DNA of 64,000 nt, from positions 15,336-79,335 of the forward strand of contig JBAVCL010000033.1 of NCBI GenBank assembly GCA_049586675.1, in the 5' to 3' direction. The translations under genes were made by a program, and so were the position numbers. Shown here one piece after another: positions 38,800 through 49,548 of this stretch. Below the pieces are notes generated by a model, which saw nothing but the letters and a program-made list of their open reading frames with translations, searched no databases and had not been told where the DNA came from. Position 1 is the first letter of the stretch. Each line of letters opens with the position of its first letter. The DNA comes from Dehalococcoidia bacterium. GTDB taxonomy: Bacteria > Chloroflexota > Dehalococcoidia > GIF9 > AB-539-J10.

Positions 38800-40607
38800 G
38801 CGTAATCACAGAGGTAAAGCAGAGATTAGATATAGCAGAGCTTGTCTCTGAGTATGTTACTCTGCAAAAAGCGGGGCGTAACTTCAAAGGCTTATGCCCC
38901 TTCCACAGTGAAAAACATCCTTCCTTCTTTGTCTTTCCTGAGCAGCAAAGCTGGCATTGCTTTGGTGCTTGCGGAACTGGTGGCGATATCTTCTCTTTTA
39001 TCATGAAAAAGGAAGGCATTGATTTTGGCCAGGCTCTTCGTCTTTTAGCTCAAAGGGGAGGCATAACTTTAAGTCCCATTGAGGCGCCAAGCAAGGCTGA
39101 GGATGAGAAGAAAGAGAGGTTATTTCAGATTAATGAGGCAGCTGCTGAATACTATCACCATTTACTTTCGAATGCTAAAGCAGGGGAGGCAGCGAGGAAG
39201 TACCTGGCAGCAAGAAAAGTCACGCCAGAGACTATCAAAGAGTTCCGTCTTGGTTTCAGTCCTGATGCTTGGGAGATCATTAAGAATTACCTAGCGGGTA
39301 AAGGTTACACAGAAAAGGAGCTAGTAGAAGCTGGTCTAGTAATAGAAAGAGAGGAAGGAGGTAGTTACGATCGATTTCGCAACCGGCTGCTGTTTCCTAT
39401 ATGTGATATCCAAGGTCGAGTCACTGGTTTCGGAGCTAGAGTTCTGGATGATTCCCTGCCTAAATATATCAACTCTCCTCAAACGCCAATTTTCGATAAG
39501 AGTAGCAGCTTGTATGGTATTGATAAGGGTAAATCTGCTATTAGAAAGAAAAACTTGGTAATAATCGTGGAAGGTTATATGGATGTTCTCACTGCGCACC
39601 AACACGGCTGGCAAAATGTAGTTGGCTCAATGGGGACTTCTTTAACCGATAAGCAGGTGGAAGGCATTAAAAGATTCACCAATAACATAACTTTGGCGCT
39701 TGATGCCGATCTTGCCGGAGAAGAAGCTACCTTGCGGGGCAAAGCGATATTAGCTTACTCCAATGCCGAAGCAAATGTCATGTTATTACCTCCAGGCAAA
39801 GACCCTGACGAAGTAATAAGAGAAGACCTTACTCTCTGGCAGGAACTAGTAGAACAAGCTATGCCTATTCTAGACTTCGCCTTTCAATCTGTAATAAGCA
39901 AGGTTGATATCAATAAAGCCAGAGACAAGTCCCTAGCTGTACAAAAACTCCTACCCTCAATTTATGAAATAAAAGACCCTGTACAGCAATCCCATTACCT
40001 AAAGAAACTGGCACGTGAATTAAAAATTGAAGAGTCTGCCATAAAAGCCGCTTTGAGGGAATCAAAAGTCAGTCGGAAGAGGCCTCAACTTAGCAAGCCC
40101 ACAGAACAATCTCGCCTTGCCCGCCAGTTTGTATCTAGCCCTATTGAAGAACGCTGCTTGGCACTTGTTCTTCAGTACCCAGAGCTTCGTCCTTCAGCGC
40201 AAGAGCTATCACCGGAACACTTCGAATCCACGGAGAATCGGGAGGTCTTTGTCAAATGGCAACGTTCTTCTGATATCTCAGACCTTGAAAGCAAACTTGA
40301 CACGAGTTTATTAGAATATTTATACTATTTGATTAATAAAATTTTGCCGCCAGCTATAGGGCAAAGCGAACAAACGCGGCACCATGATTTAGCCAATTGT
40401 ATCCTTCGTCTACAGGAGAATTTGTACCGGAAATTAGAAGCTGAGAAAGAGGCGACGCTTGAGATTGAGAGGGAAAAGGGTGGGATAAGCTCAGAGTTGT
40501 CCAAACTAGAGGAGCAAGGAATAAGTTCCGGGCAACAACTTCATGAAGTCTTTGTTAAGAAAGAAAAAAACCATGGATTCAATGAAAGAAGAAATCAATC
40601 TGGATAG
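38796..40607 (+). CDS. dnaG: DNA primase
   Basis: Zn-ribbon [13 protein letters not shown]…WHCFGCG. TOPRIM EGYMDV…D.D. Confidence 0.9.
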   Translation: MSVITEVKQRLDIAELVSEYVTLQKAGRNFKGLCPFHSEKHPSFFVFPEQQSWHCFGACGTGGDIFSFIMKKEGIDFGQALRLLAQRGGITLSPIEAPSKAEDEKKERLFQINEAAAEYYHHLLSNAKAGEAARKYLAARKVTPETIKEFRLGFSPDAWEIIKNYLAGKGYTEKELVEAGLVIEREEGGSYDRFRNRLLFPICDIQGRVTGFGARVLDDSLPKYINSPQTPIFDKSSSLYGIDKGKSAIRKKNLVIIVEGYMDVLTAHQHGWQNVVGSMGTSLTDKQVEGIKRFTNNITLALDADLAGEEATLRGKAILAYSNAEANVMLLPPGKDPDEVIREDLTLWQELVEQAMPILDFAFQSVISKVDINKARDKSLAVQKLLPSIYEIKDPVQQSHYLKKLARELKIEESAIKAALRESKVSRKRPQLSKPTEQSRLARQFVSSPIEERCLALVLQYPELRPSAQELSPEHFESTENREVFVKWQRSSDISDLESKLDTSLLEYLYYLINKILPPAIGQSEQTRHHDLANCILRLQENLYRKLEAEKEATLEIEREKGGISSELSKLEEQGISSGQQLHEVFVKKEKNHGFNERRNQSG

Positions 40608-42048
40608 TGATGAGGTAGTGCCTGAAGATTTACTCAGCGATGAAGCTGAAGTTGAGGATGTCAGCGCCTTAGCTGAGGAAGTTGAAGAAAAAGAAGAAAG
40701 CGAGGAATTCCTCGTTGAGGAAACTGGGGAAATCAAGCCACCGGCACCACTAGAAGAACATGAGATAACTGATGACTCGGCGCGCATGTATCTTCAGGAA
40801 ATTGGCAGAGTGCCGCTTCTCAATATCCAGGAAGAGAAGTTACTATCTCGGAAAATAGAGCTGGGCAGGAGCTTAGAAGGAATTGAAGAGAGCCATTTCA
40901 GGAAATACAAGAAATTCCCCTCACCCGTTGACATAGTTATTCACGTAATTTCTCAATTAGCCAAGGCATACCCCGTTGTTCAGATTATTGAAGAGAGTAT
41001 TGGTATCGATTCCTCCTGCAATGTGGTGGAGACGATCAAGAATCCTAAATTTCGTTCCGCCATTGATGAAGTTATAGACCCATCGTTAATAGCGGCAACC
41101 GCTAAGGGAATAGGCAAAGGAACCACTGTAGCTGAAGAAGCCCTAGTAAATCTTTCCGTAAACAGTCAACTTTTACCTCCCCAGTTACTAGAGCTCCTAG
41201 ACAAAGGTAAAACTTCATGGCGAAAACTAAAGACTCTCTCGACTGACGACAGGTTCCTATCTCAAATTGATTCTCATAGTAATGAGTTCAAGGCTTACTT
41301 TGAACAGATAGAGACTGAAGCAAAAGCATCAGAAAAGCACCTCACCGAAGCAAACCTGCGCCTGGTGGTTAGCATAGCTAAGAAATACATTGGGCATGGC
41401 ATGCCCCTCCTTGAGCTTATCCAAGAGGGGAATATTGGCCTTATCCGAGCTGTAGATAAGTTTCAGTATAGAAAGGGCTACAAGTTCAGTACCTACGCCA
41501 CCTGGTGGATCAGGCAAGGTATCACTCGATCTATAGCTGATCAATCCCGTACCATTCGCATTCCGGTACACATGGTAGAAACAATTAACAAGCTATCGCG
41601 AGCGATGCGACAGTTAATTCAAGAACTTGGACGCGAACCAAGTTACGAAGAAATTGGCAGCCGCCTGAATATATCGCCAGAAAAAGTAGAAGAGGTCATG
41701 GCTTTGTTTTTCCGTGAGCCAATGTCGTTAGACATGCCCATTGGCGAGGACGAAGATAGCCGATTAGGCGATCTTGTTGAAGATCAGGCCAGTTTAGCAC
41801 CAACTGAAGCCACTTCGCAGCAGCTACTCAAAGAACAAATAGATAAAGTGCTTGATGAACTTACCGAGCGCGAAAAAAAGGTGTTGCAGCTTAGATTTGG
41901 CCTTAAAGATGGACATCCTCGAACCTTGGAAGAGGTGGGTAAAGAATTCGAAGTAACTCGAGAAAGAATACGACAGATTGAAGGCAAGGCTCTACGCAAG
42001 TTACGTCATCCCACCCGTAGTCGAAAGCTCAGGGGTTATCTAGACTGA
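40573..42048 (+). CDS. rpoD: RNA polymerase sigma-70 factor
   Basis: Acidic N-terminus. Region 2 …[15 protein letters not shown]. Region 4 …[19 protein letters not shown]. Start chosen at ATG 40573; the track's 40543 start is also possible. Confidence 0.85.
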   Translation: MDSMKEEINLDSDEVVPEDLLSDEAEVEDVSALAEEVEEKEESEEFLVEETGEIKPPAPLEEHEITDDSARMYLQEIGRVPLLNIQEEKLLSRKIELGRSLEGIEESHFRKYKKFPSPVDIVIHVISQLAKAYPVVQIIEESIGIDSSCNVVETIKNPKFRSAIDEVIDPSLIAATAKGIGKGTTVAEEALVNLSVNSQLLPPQLLELLDKGKTSWRKLKTLSTDDRFLSQIDSHSNEFKAYFEQIETEAKASEKHLTEANLRLVVSIAKKYIGHGMPLLELIQEGNIGLIRAVDKFQYRKGYKFSTYATWWIRQGITRSIADQSRTIRIPVHMVETINKLSRAMRQLIQELGREPSYEEIGSRLNISPEKVEEVMALFFREPMSLDMPIGEDEDSRLGDLVEDQASLAPTEATSQQLLKEQIDKVLDELTEREKKVLQLRFGLKDGHPRTLEEVGKEFEVTRERIRQIEGKALRKLRHPTRSRKLRGYLD

Positions 42049-42050
42049 CT

Positions 42051-43391
42051 TCACTTTAAGAGCATGTCAAGCATAGTCCCCGTCTTTTTAGGCAACTTGC
42101 CTCCTGTTAGCGACTTAGTCAACTTTTGTATCTGACGAAACTGATTAAGAAGTTGATTAACATCTTTAGGTGTGGTGCCGCTTCCTCGAGCAATGCGGCT
42201 TCGCCGTCTGCCATCAATAATAGCTGGATTACGCCTTTCCTCGTAAGTCATAGACTGGATAATAGCCTCTATCTTCTTTAACTGTTTCTCTCCTTCGTCA
42301 TCTGGCAAATAAGAAGAGAATTTGGAGATGCCTGGTATCATTTCCACCAGTCGCCCTAAAGAACCCATCCTGTGGATTTGACGCATTTGGCTGAGGAGAT
42401 CCTCAAGGTCAAAATCCCCGGTGCGCATTTTCCCTTCCAAATCCTTGACCTGTTGCTGGTCAAAGGTCACCTGAGCTCGCTCGATAAAGGTGAGCATATC
42501 TCCCATACCCAAAATGCGAGACGCTAAACGGTCGGGATAAAATACTTCTAAAGCATCTATCTTCTCACCCGTGCCCAGGTATTTTATGGGCACTCCGGTA
42601 ACAAATCTAATGGAGAGAGCAGCGCCACCTCGGGCATCTCCATCCATCTTCGTCAGGATGAGTCCCGTCAGCCCGATTTGACTGTGGAATTCTTGGGCCA
42701 CTCTTACGGCATCCTGCCCAATCATAGCATCTACTGTAAGCAATACCTCTGAAGGCTGTACTAGGGATTTGATATCAGCCAATTCTTTCATCATAGCCTC
42801 GTCAATATGCAGGCGCCCTTGAGTGTCTATTATGACCCAGGACGTTCCCCTTTCTTTAGCTTGCTTTAAGGCATGCTGGCAAATTATTGTTGAAGCTACG
42901 TTAGCATCCTCACTGTACACCGGGATATTATGTTGCTCACCCAGTAATTTGAGTTGTTCAATAGCCGCAGGTCGGCGAGTATCAGCAGCTACTAATAAAG
43001 GATGCTGCCCTAGATGTTTGAGATGAAGAGCTAGCTTCACTGCTGTAGTAGTCTTACCGGAGCCCTGCAATCCTACGAGCAAAGCGACCGCTGGTAAGTC
43101 AGTAACCGAAGCTAAACGGCCAGGCTCTCCACCTAGGATAGCGATTAATTCCTCGTTGACGATTTTAATAATCTGCTGGGCTGGTGTTAAGCTGCGCAAT
43201 ACTTCAGAGCCAAGAGCACGCTCTCGCACCTTGGACAAGAATTCCTTGACCACCTTAAAATTTACATCTGCTTCCAAAAGCGCTAGCCGTACCTGGCGTA
43301 AAGCTTCATCGATGTCCCCTTCACTCAGCTTGCCTTTTCTGCCAAGCTTATCAAGTACAGCGGTCAACTTTTGGGTTAAGACTTCCAGCAT
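42051..43391 (-). CDS. ffh: Signal recognition particle protein Ffh
   Basis: N-terminus MLEVLTQKL. GLQGSGKTTT. DTQGRL. C-terminal Met-rich M-domain. Confidence 0.9.
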   Translation of the reverse strand: MLEVLTQKLTAVLDKLGRKGKLSEGDIDEALRQVRLALLEADVNFKVVKEFLSKVRERALGSEVLRSLTPAQQIIKIVNEELIAILGGEPGRLASVTDLPAVALLVGLQGSGKTTTAVKLALHLKHLGQHPLLVAADTRRPAAIEQLKLLGEQHNIPVYSEDANVASTIICQHALKQAKERGTSWVIIDTQGRLHIDEAMMKELADIKSLVQPSEVLLTVDAMIGQDAVRVAQEFHSQIGLTGLILTKMDGDARGGAALSIRFVTGVPIKYLGTGEKIDALEVFYPDRLASRILGMGDMLTFIERAQVTFDQQQVKDLEGKMRTGDFDLEDLLSQMRQIHRMGSLGRLVEMIPGISKFSSYLPDDEGEKQLKKIEAIIQSMTYEERRNPAIIDGRRRSRIARGSGTTPKDVNQLLNQFRQIQKLTKSLTGGKLPKKTGTMLDMLLK

Positions 43392-43498
43392 GGTACCTAA
43401 TAATATTTCATTCCTATCATTTTGCCAAGTCCAGAATTTTCATCTCGAACTAAGAATACTATTGCACTTAACTCGGAATCAGCATACTATATAAGTTT

Positions 43499-43973
43499 AG
43501 TGGAATATCTTTGGGCACCGTGGCGAATACAATACATACAAAGAACCACAGAAAGTGGCTGTATCTTATGCCAAAAACCTAAGGAAAATGATGACGAGGC
43601 GAATTTTATCCTTTATCGTGGCCAATACAATTTTATAATCCTGAACGCCTTCCCCTATAATCCGGGGCATTTAATGGTCGCCCCCTATCGGCATATAGCA
43701 AATTTACAGGATTTAAGCGATGCAGAAGCAATGGAGCACTTTGACATTATCAAGAAGAGCTTAGAACTTCTGAAAAAGGTAATGGAGCCGACTGGCTTCA
43801 ATATCGGCTTAAATGTGGGCAAAGTTGCTGGTGCCGGCATAGCAGAGCACCTTCATACCCACATAGTGCCCAGGTGGCAAGGCGACACTAACTTTATGCA
43901 GATATTGTCTGATACCAAAGTCATTCCGGAAGCCTTGGCTGCTACATACCAAAAGCTAAGAGCAAAGTTATAG
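43499..43973 (+). CDS. HIT-family hydrolase
   Basis: GTG 43499 immediately before LWAPWR. Histidine triad HLHTHIVPRW. The track ORF starts earlier at 43422. Confidence 0.75.
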
Positions 43974-44067
43974 TATAGTTGCCAGCTTACAAAATTTCTT
44001 GAGGTCATTTAGTAATTCAAAAATACAAAGATTTTTTCAAAAAGGCGAACTGTAACCGTAATAAACG

Positions 44068-45303
44068 CTATGCCCGCTCTTTCACAAGTATAAGTATACC
44101 CATTGTAGCCAGGAGGGCCAGTCCTGCTCCCAGGTAGAAGGTAGCAGCCGGACTGACGGCATTCCAGAGCCACCCAGCAAGTACGCTAGCCGGTAGTAGT
44201 ACCAGACCAGTAATTCCTTGGAAAAGACCATATGCCGAACCTCTCCGTCCCACAGGTGCCAAGTCTGCGATGAAAGCACTGGCTACACCCTGCGTTGTTC
44301 CGTAATAAATGCCGTAAGCAGCATACAGTAGCCAAATTTGCCAGATATCCGTCGCCAGTGCAAAACCTAAATATACGAGACCGTAGATGAGCCATCCCAG
44401 TGCAAGAATGCGGCGCCTGCCCAGTTTGTCGGATAACACACCCATCGGGGTTGAGACGATACTGTACACAGCGTTGAAGACCGCCAGCATGACAGCTATC
44501 TGTACTAGCGGTACCTTAACATTTTGAGCACGCAGGATCAGAAAAAAATCGCTGGAATTACCGAGTGTAAAAACGGCCATGATTGCCAGAAACAATTTGA
44601 ATCTTATATCAAAGGGCTGATTTGTTTGGGGCATTAGGGCATTTGTTATGATCTTCCTGGCCACATCTTTCCTGATGTCACGTACGAAGCCGATGAGGAT
44701 GACTACGGCGATAACCGCCGGGAATATGCCCACTAGCACCATCATGTGATAAGTGTTGCGCTGCATATCAAATGCACTGGAGCCCTCAATCAAATAAACG
44801 ATGAGTGCTACTAAAGCTAGCCCAACCATCGCTCCAGCGGTGTCTAAGGCCTGAGCTAAGCCAAACCCCTTGCCCCTTTCTTTGGAACCGAGAGAGTCCG
44901 CTAACAAAGCGTCACGGGGAGAACTACGTATGCCTTTTCCAATACGGTCGCCGAAGCGGATGCCCGTCACTGCTCCCCACCCATTGGCTAGCAGCATGAA
45001 AGGCTTGACCGCAGTAGACAGGCCGTAGCCGACCATTGTCAACAATTTACGTTTACCTATTTTGTCGCTGATGCGTCCGCTAATAAGACGTGAAAGGGCA
45101 TCAGTACTACCCGACATACCGCCGACTACGCCCACCAGTGTTGTGGAGACGTTTAACACGTTCGTTAGGAACAGCGGCACAAGAGTAAAAATCATCTCGC
45201 TGCTGACATCAGTAAAAAAACTAACAAGGCCAAGAAAGAACACATTGGGATGGAGTCCGAGTATTTTTCTATCAGAAGTTTTAGCCTTAGGTTGCCGAGT
45301 CAT
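44068..45303 (-). CDS. MFS transporter (12 TMS)
   Basis: 411 aa. …GRISDKIGKRK…. …FIADLAPVGRRGSAYG…. Confidence 0.8.
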   Translation of the reverse strand: MTRQPKAKTSDRKILGLHPNVFFLGLVSFFTDVSSEMIFTLVPLFLTNVLNVSTTLVGVVGGMSGSTDALSRLISGRISDKIGKRKLLTMVGYGLSTAVKPFMLLANGWGAVTGIRFGDRIGKGIRSSPRDALLADSLGSKERGKGFGLAQALDTAGAMVGLALVALIVYLIEGSSAFDMQRNTYHMMVLVGIFPAVIAVVILIGFVRDIRKDVARKIITNALMPQTNQPFDIRFKLFLAIMAVFTLGNSSDFFLILRAQNVKVPLVQIAVMLAVFNAVYSIVSTPMGVLSDKLGRRRILALGWLIYGLVYLGFALATDIWQIWLLYAAYGIYYGTTQGVASAFIADLAPVGRRGSAYGLFQGITGLVLLPASVLAGWLWNAVSPAATFYLGAGLALLATMGILILVKERA

Positions 45304-45487
45304 TCAATTATCGTTCCAGCTAAATATGACGTAGATCAGCGTTATTTGAAAAAGAAATAAGAGACGCCATTGGGTTAGTGTAGCTGGAATACATAATAAG
45401 AGTCAACCGTTAAAAACTAGTATAAGATTCTCGCATCAAAATACTTTCTTGGCAGATAACAAAATGAGTTTCTGTGCAGTTCGGCAA

Positions 45488-45517
45488 ATTGCACAATAGT
45501 CAGAATTGTTGGGTCAC
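45488..45517 (+). repeat. 30-nt intergenic motif (copy 2), 54 nt upstream of the MFS remnant
   Basis: attgcacaatagtcagaattgttgggtcac versus 8996..9025. Confidence 0.5.
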
Positions 45518-45570
45518 TTTTCGCTAGTTTGTGCTAGAGCTGTTTTACCTACCAGTGAACGAACATAGGC

Positions 45571-45822
45571 ATGATATTATGGTGTATGGTCATGGGGATT
45601 CAGGAAACCATTATGCGTGCCGCAATCGCTGATTTAACACATATAGAGCGGAGGGGATTTGCCTATGGAGTCCTCAATACAGCGTTGGGAGCCGGCTGGT
45701 TTTTGGTTGCCCCCCTGATGGGGCTATTCTATGAAATTTCTATCAACTACTTGATTCTGTTTGCTGTGGTCATGGAGCTCATCTCGATTCCGCTACTCTT
45801 CGTGGTCAGAAGAGCAGCTTAG
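45571..45822 (+). pseudogene. C-terminal remnant (last two TMs) of an MFS transporter paralogous to 44068..45303
   Basis: …AAIADLTHIERRGFAYGVLNTALGAGWF… aligns with …AFIADLAPVGRRGSAYGLFQGITGLVLL… of the neighbouring gene. An in-frame TGA lies 13 nt upstream, so there is no N-terminal part. Confidence 0.55.
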
Positions 45823-45903
45823 CCTTTTACTTTAACGAAAACTGGAAAGGAACCTCCGGAATCTGAACAGGATTGAAGAAGCAGGGTTATTGACAGCTTA
45901 ACT

Positions 45904-46719
45904 TCAGGTAGCTTGAGGATAGGAGCCAAGTATCTTAACGAAGGCAGCCTCTCTTTGTAAATCTCTCATAGCTTCCTGGTAAACTTTGCCATCTAAGTGA
46001 CCCTCGAAATCAGCATAAAAAACATATTCCCAGGGCTTAGTTCGGCTCGGCCTGGACTCCAGTTTTGTCAAGTTTATATTCCGGTTGGCAAAGATACCTA
46101 AAATCATATATAGAGAGCCAGGCTTATGTTCAGCAGCAAAAACGAGAGAGGTTTTATTTCTCTGCGCGGGTCTAGCTTTCTGCTTTGAGATAGCCACGAA
46201 TTTGGTGTAGTTATTGACACTAGTTTCAATTTCCGGTGCCAGAATCTCCAGCCCATAAATATCGGCAGCTCTTTTGCTAGCTATGGCAGCACAGTTCTTC
46301 AACCTTTTCTCTTTTATCATTTTGGCACTGCCTGCGGTATCATAGCTAGGCATAATTTCAACTTTCAGTTTACTTAAGAATCCGTTACATTGAGCTAAGG
46401 CTTGGGGATGGGAGTAAATGGTTGTTATATCCGCCAACTTTTCCCCTGGCAAAGCCATGAGGCAATGGCTTACTTTGAGAATAACTTCAGCAAATATATT
46501 AAGCGGATACGCCAATAACAAATCATAGGTCTCGTTGATACTGCCAGCTTGAGAGTTCTCCACAGGGACTACCCCAAATTCAACCTTGTCCTGCGACACG
46601 AGTTCAAAAACCTCTTTCAGCCGGATACACGGTAAAAAATCAATATCCCTGCCAAAAAGCTTTGCCGCAGCATCCTCGCTAAAAGCGCCTCTTTCTCCTT
46701 GAAAAGCAACCTTGACCAT
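45904..46719 (-). CDS. pheA: Prephenate dehydratase (PDT + ACT domains)
   Basis: …VAFQGERGAFSE…ESRPSR…. Confidence 0.85.
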   Translation of the reverse strand: MVKVAFQGERGAFSEDAAAKLFGRDIDFLPCIRLKEVFELVSQDKVEFGVVPVENSQAGSINETYDLLLAYPLNIFAEVILKVSHCLMALPGEKLADITTIYSHPQALAQCNGFLSKLKVEIMPSYDTAGSAKMIKEKRLKNCAAIASKRAADIYGLEILAPEIETSVNNYTKFVAISKQKARPAQRNKTSLVFAAEHKPGSLYMILGIFANRNINLTKLESRPSRTKPWEYVFYADFEGHLDGKVYQEAMRDLQREAAFVKILGSYPQAT

Positions 46720-46847
46720 AAGCCTATTGCAAAGTATAGCCTAAACCTCCTTCGAACTTCCACTATGACTTGATATAGAAAGGTTAATTGCGATTTTATA
46801 AAGAGATATATAGGATGGGCAGATCATCCCCGATTATGCTTAACCTT

Positions 46848-47654
46848 TTACATTGGCGGCAGTTTCTTTTTTAACTCTTTTAGCCAGGTTAGTGATTTAA
46901 GCTCTCGTTGCAAAATATATCTTATATACTCGTACAGTACTCGCTCTAACTCCCAGGATAATTCTTGTTTTACTCTGACCCGCCGTGCAGTAGCATAGTC
47001 GCAACTTTGCCACAAACGGAGAACCTTCAAAGCTCCGACCGAAAGGGGAAGGGAGGGTTTTAATGAAGTTGTTTCGATTTGCTCGTAATGGTGATTTTCT
47101 TCAGAGTTACAATGCGGGCACAAGAGTCCCCCCTTGCCGGGGCTGAAAAAATTGACTACCGGCTTGAGAGGTGAATCACAGTTAACACATCGGCGCAACT
47201 GGGGGCGATAACCAAGGTGGTGAAGAAGATGTAGCTCAAAATAACGCAATACAACCTCATTGCTGTCAGGCTCGCTCAATTGATTTAAGATATCCAGCAA
47301 TAAGTCAAACAAGGGGCGATTCTCACCGCCCTCAACAGTAAAGGAATCAATAAGCTCTAAGATGTACAGGCCATAGGCCATGCGCCATAAATCACTTTTC
47401 AAAGCCAGGAACCCATTTATCGTTTGACTTTGGGTAACAATATCGAGATTACGCCCTTTAGCTAGCAACATCAAGCTATGCGTCAATGGTTCTATATTGC
47501 CACCCAATTTACTCTTGGGACGACAGGCTCCCTTAGCTACCGCCCTTAACTTGCCAAATTCTGGGGTATAAATAGTGACAATCTTATCGAATTCGCCCAG
47601 CTTAGTTTGTTTTAAGATGATGCCTTGTGTTTGATAATTCCGAGATGTACCCAC
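46848..47654 (-). CDS. recO: DNA repair protein RecO
   Basis: N-terminal OB-fold QGIILKQTKLGEFDKIV. C-terminal Cys4 (CVNC…CPHC). Confidence 0.85.
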   Translation of the reverse strand: MGTSRNYQTQGIILKQTKLGEFDKIVTIYTPEFGKLRAVAKGACRPKSKLGGNIEPLTHSLMLLAKGRNLDIVTQSQTINGFLALKSDLWRMAYGLYILELIDSFTVEGGENRPLFDLLLDILNQLSEPDSNEVVLRYFELHLLHHLGYRPQLRRCVNCDSPLKPVVNFFSPGKGGLLCPHCNSEENHHYEQIETTSLKPSLPLSVGALKVLRLWQSCDYATARRVRVKQELSWELERVLYEYIRYILQRELKSLTWLKELKKKLPPM

Positions 47655-47826
47655 CTTAAGTTCCCAACTCTAAACACTAAATCCTAAATAAATCCCAATA
47701 TCTAACCTTAGAGTTCAAAACCTTTGTTTTAAGGCGTTGGGATTTCTGGCGAGTATAAACGAGTTCTTCTCCATTGCTGTTACCTTTCCTTTTGATATTA
47801 TACCTTCTCCAGCACGGCAACCATAG

Positions 47827-49050
47827 TCAAGAGCAGCTACCCGAGTTTTTGCCTAAAACTCTTTTGGACTGCTTCCCGGTATGGTTCAATACTAGATTGA
47901 TGGCATTGGCGGCGGCAGCAAAGGAGTAGTACACAGGCAACCCAAGCGAAATACAACCACGAATAGCAGCCAGAATGGCCTCAGCCTCTTCGGGCACAAT
48001 ACTGGGTTCGAGCACCATTGCTACTGGCTTGGGAAAAAGGCCCTGCTTTACGGAAAACCTGCTCATTAACAAATTTAGGTGGTCTTCTGAAATCCGAGAC
48101 GTTGTGAATTGACCTGTCCTGACAAATGTGACTAGGAAATCGGCCCCATCCCACCTTGATAATATATCGAAAGTTTTGATTACGCCCTCAAGGTCAAACA
48201 TGGCTTGTGAATAGTCCACGGGATTTCGCAAGATATTGCCTGCGATGGGAGTAAATTCCCGTATCTGAGCAACGATCTCCGGGGGGAGTGGAGGGACTTT
48301 TAGCCCTCTGTTTTCAAACTCGTCGGTGATTAGGACACTGGCTCCACCTCCAGCACCGAATAACACCGCATTCCTACCTCTGGGAGGTGGCAAGAACAGA
48401 AGTGTGACCAATACATCGACTATTTCTTCGATGCTACTGACACTAATGATTCCCAATTGCTTGCAGAGGGCATCCCAAGTGGCTCGGCTTCCAGCGAGTG
48501 CTGCGGTATGGCCAGCGACTGCTCGAGCGCCTCCCTCGCTAGTTCCTCCTTTAAGCAGTATCACCGTTTTTCCCTTCGTTACCTCCTGCAGAGCCCTGCG
48601 GAATCGTTTTCCATCCTTAAGTCCCTCGATGTAAAGGGCTATTATTTTGGTATCTGCATCATTAGCAAGATATTCGAGCAAATCATTTTCATTGATGTCA
48701 CATGCGTTGCCGTAGCTTATGAGCTTGCTGAAGCGAATGCCTCGCAACGCTGCTTGCCTGACCAAATAGATGGAATTGCCACCACTTTGACTAATGACTC
48801 CTACCGGGCCGCTTTCTTTGGGGAAAGCGGGACTGAAGGATAGACGTGATTGGGGGCAGTAAATGCCCATGCAGTTAGGGCCGATAATCCTGATCCTCTT
48901 CCTGCGGGCGGCTTCCACTAGTTCAGATTCCAGCTTTATTCCCTGTTCCTCACCGGTCTCACTAAAGCCCGCTGTACAGAAGTGAATTGCTCGTACCCCT
49001 TTTTCGGCACATTCTTCCACAAGCTTGGGAGCAACCTGGGCATTAACCAA
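47827..49050 (-). CDS. NDP-forming acyl-CoA synthetase alpha-like protein (CoA-binding + succinyl-CoA-ligase-like flavodoxin domain); TTG start as given by the track; homologous frame stays open up to 49326
   Basis: Paralogue of 49549..51000. A further about 75 codons upstream (…FLFHPNSIALVGITTAETWHW…PLYLINPKGGEINGHKIYTSLKDVPGNIDYVIGL) align with the paralogue's N-terminal CoA-binding domain. That stretch contains no ATG/GTG/TTG. Confidence 0.7.
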   Translation of the reverse strand: MVNAQVAPKLVEECAEKGVRAIHFCTAGFSETGEEQGIKLESELVEAARRKRIRIIGPNCMGIYCPQSRLSFSPAFPKESGPVGVISQSGGNSIYLVRQAALRGIRFSKLISYGNACDINENDLLEYLANDADTKIIALYIEGLKDGKRFRRALQEVTKGKTVILLKGGTSEGGARAVAGHTAALAGSRATWDALCKQLGIISVSSIEEIVDVLVTLLFLPPPRGRNAVLFGAGGGASVLITDEFENRGLKVPPLPPEIVAQIREFTPIAGNILRNPVDYSQAMFDLEGVIKTFDILSRWDGADFLVTFVRTGQFTTSRISEDHLNLLMSRFSVKQGLFPKPVAMVLEPSIVPEEAEAILAAIRGCISLGLPVYYSFAAAANAINLVLNHTGKQSKRVLGKNSGSCS

Positions 49051-49548
49051 GCCGATTACATAGTCGATGTTGCCAGGGACATCTTTGAGACTGGTATAAA
49101 TCTTATGGCCGTTGATCTCCCCGCCCTTGGGATTAATGAGATAGAGGGGGCGGTCGAATTCGATTTCAGTAAGGCCTTCTAGGAAAGTGCGCGTCCAGTG
49201 CCAAGTCTCGGCAGTTGTGATGCCAACAAGAGCTATCGAATTAGGGTGGAAGAGGAACTCTAAGCTATGCTGATGCGTATTCTTCGTGCTCCTCGCTGAG
49301 TAATATTTGGAAGCATAGCAAAAAGCTTACGGATTGTAAATGCTACCTTGACCTGGAAATTTCCGCTGTGCGAGCTACTCAACAGTTTTCCAAAAAATGT
49401 ATTCGATAGGCTAATTTGATAGGCTAATAAAGATATGGTAAATTATTTGGATTTTGGGAAAACCAAATAATTACATAATGCTTTTGCTACAACTTAATTG
49501 TAACCCAATCTAAGATTTCTCAATTCACACTGCAATTAGGAGGCCTGA

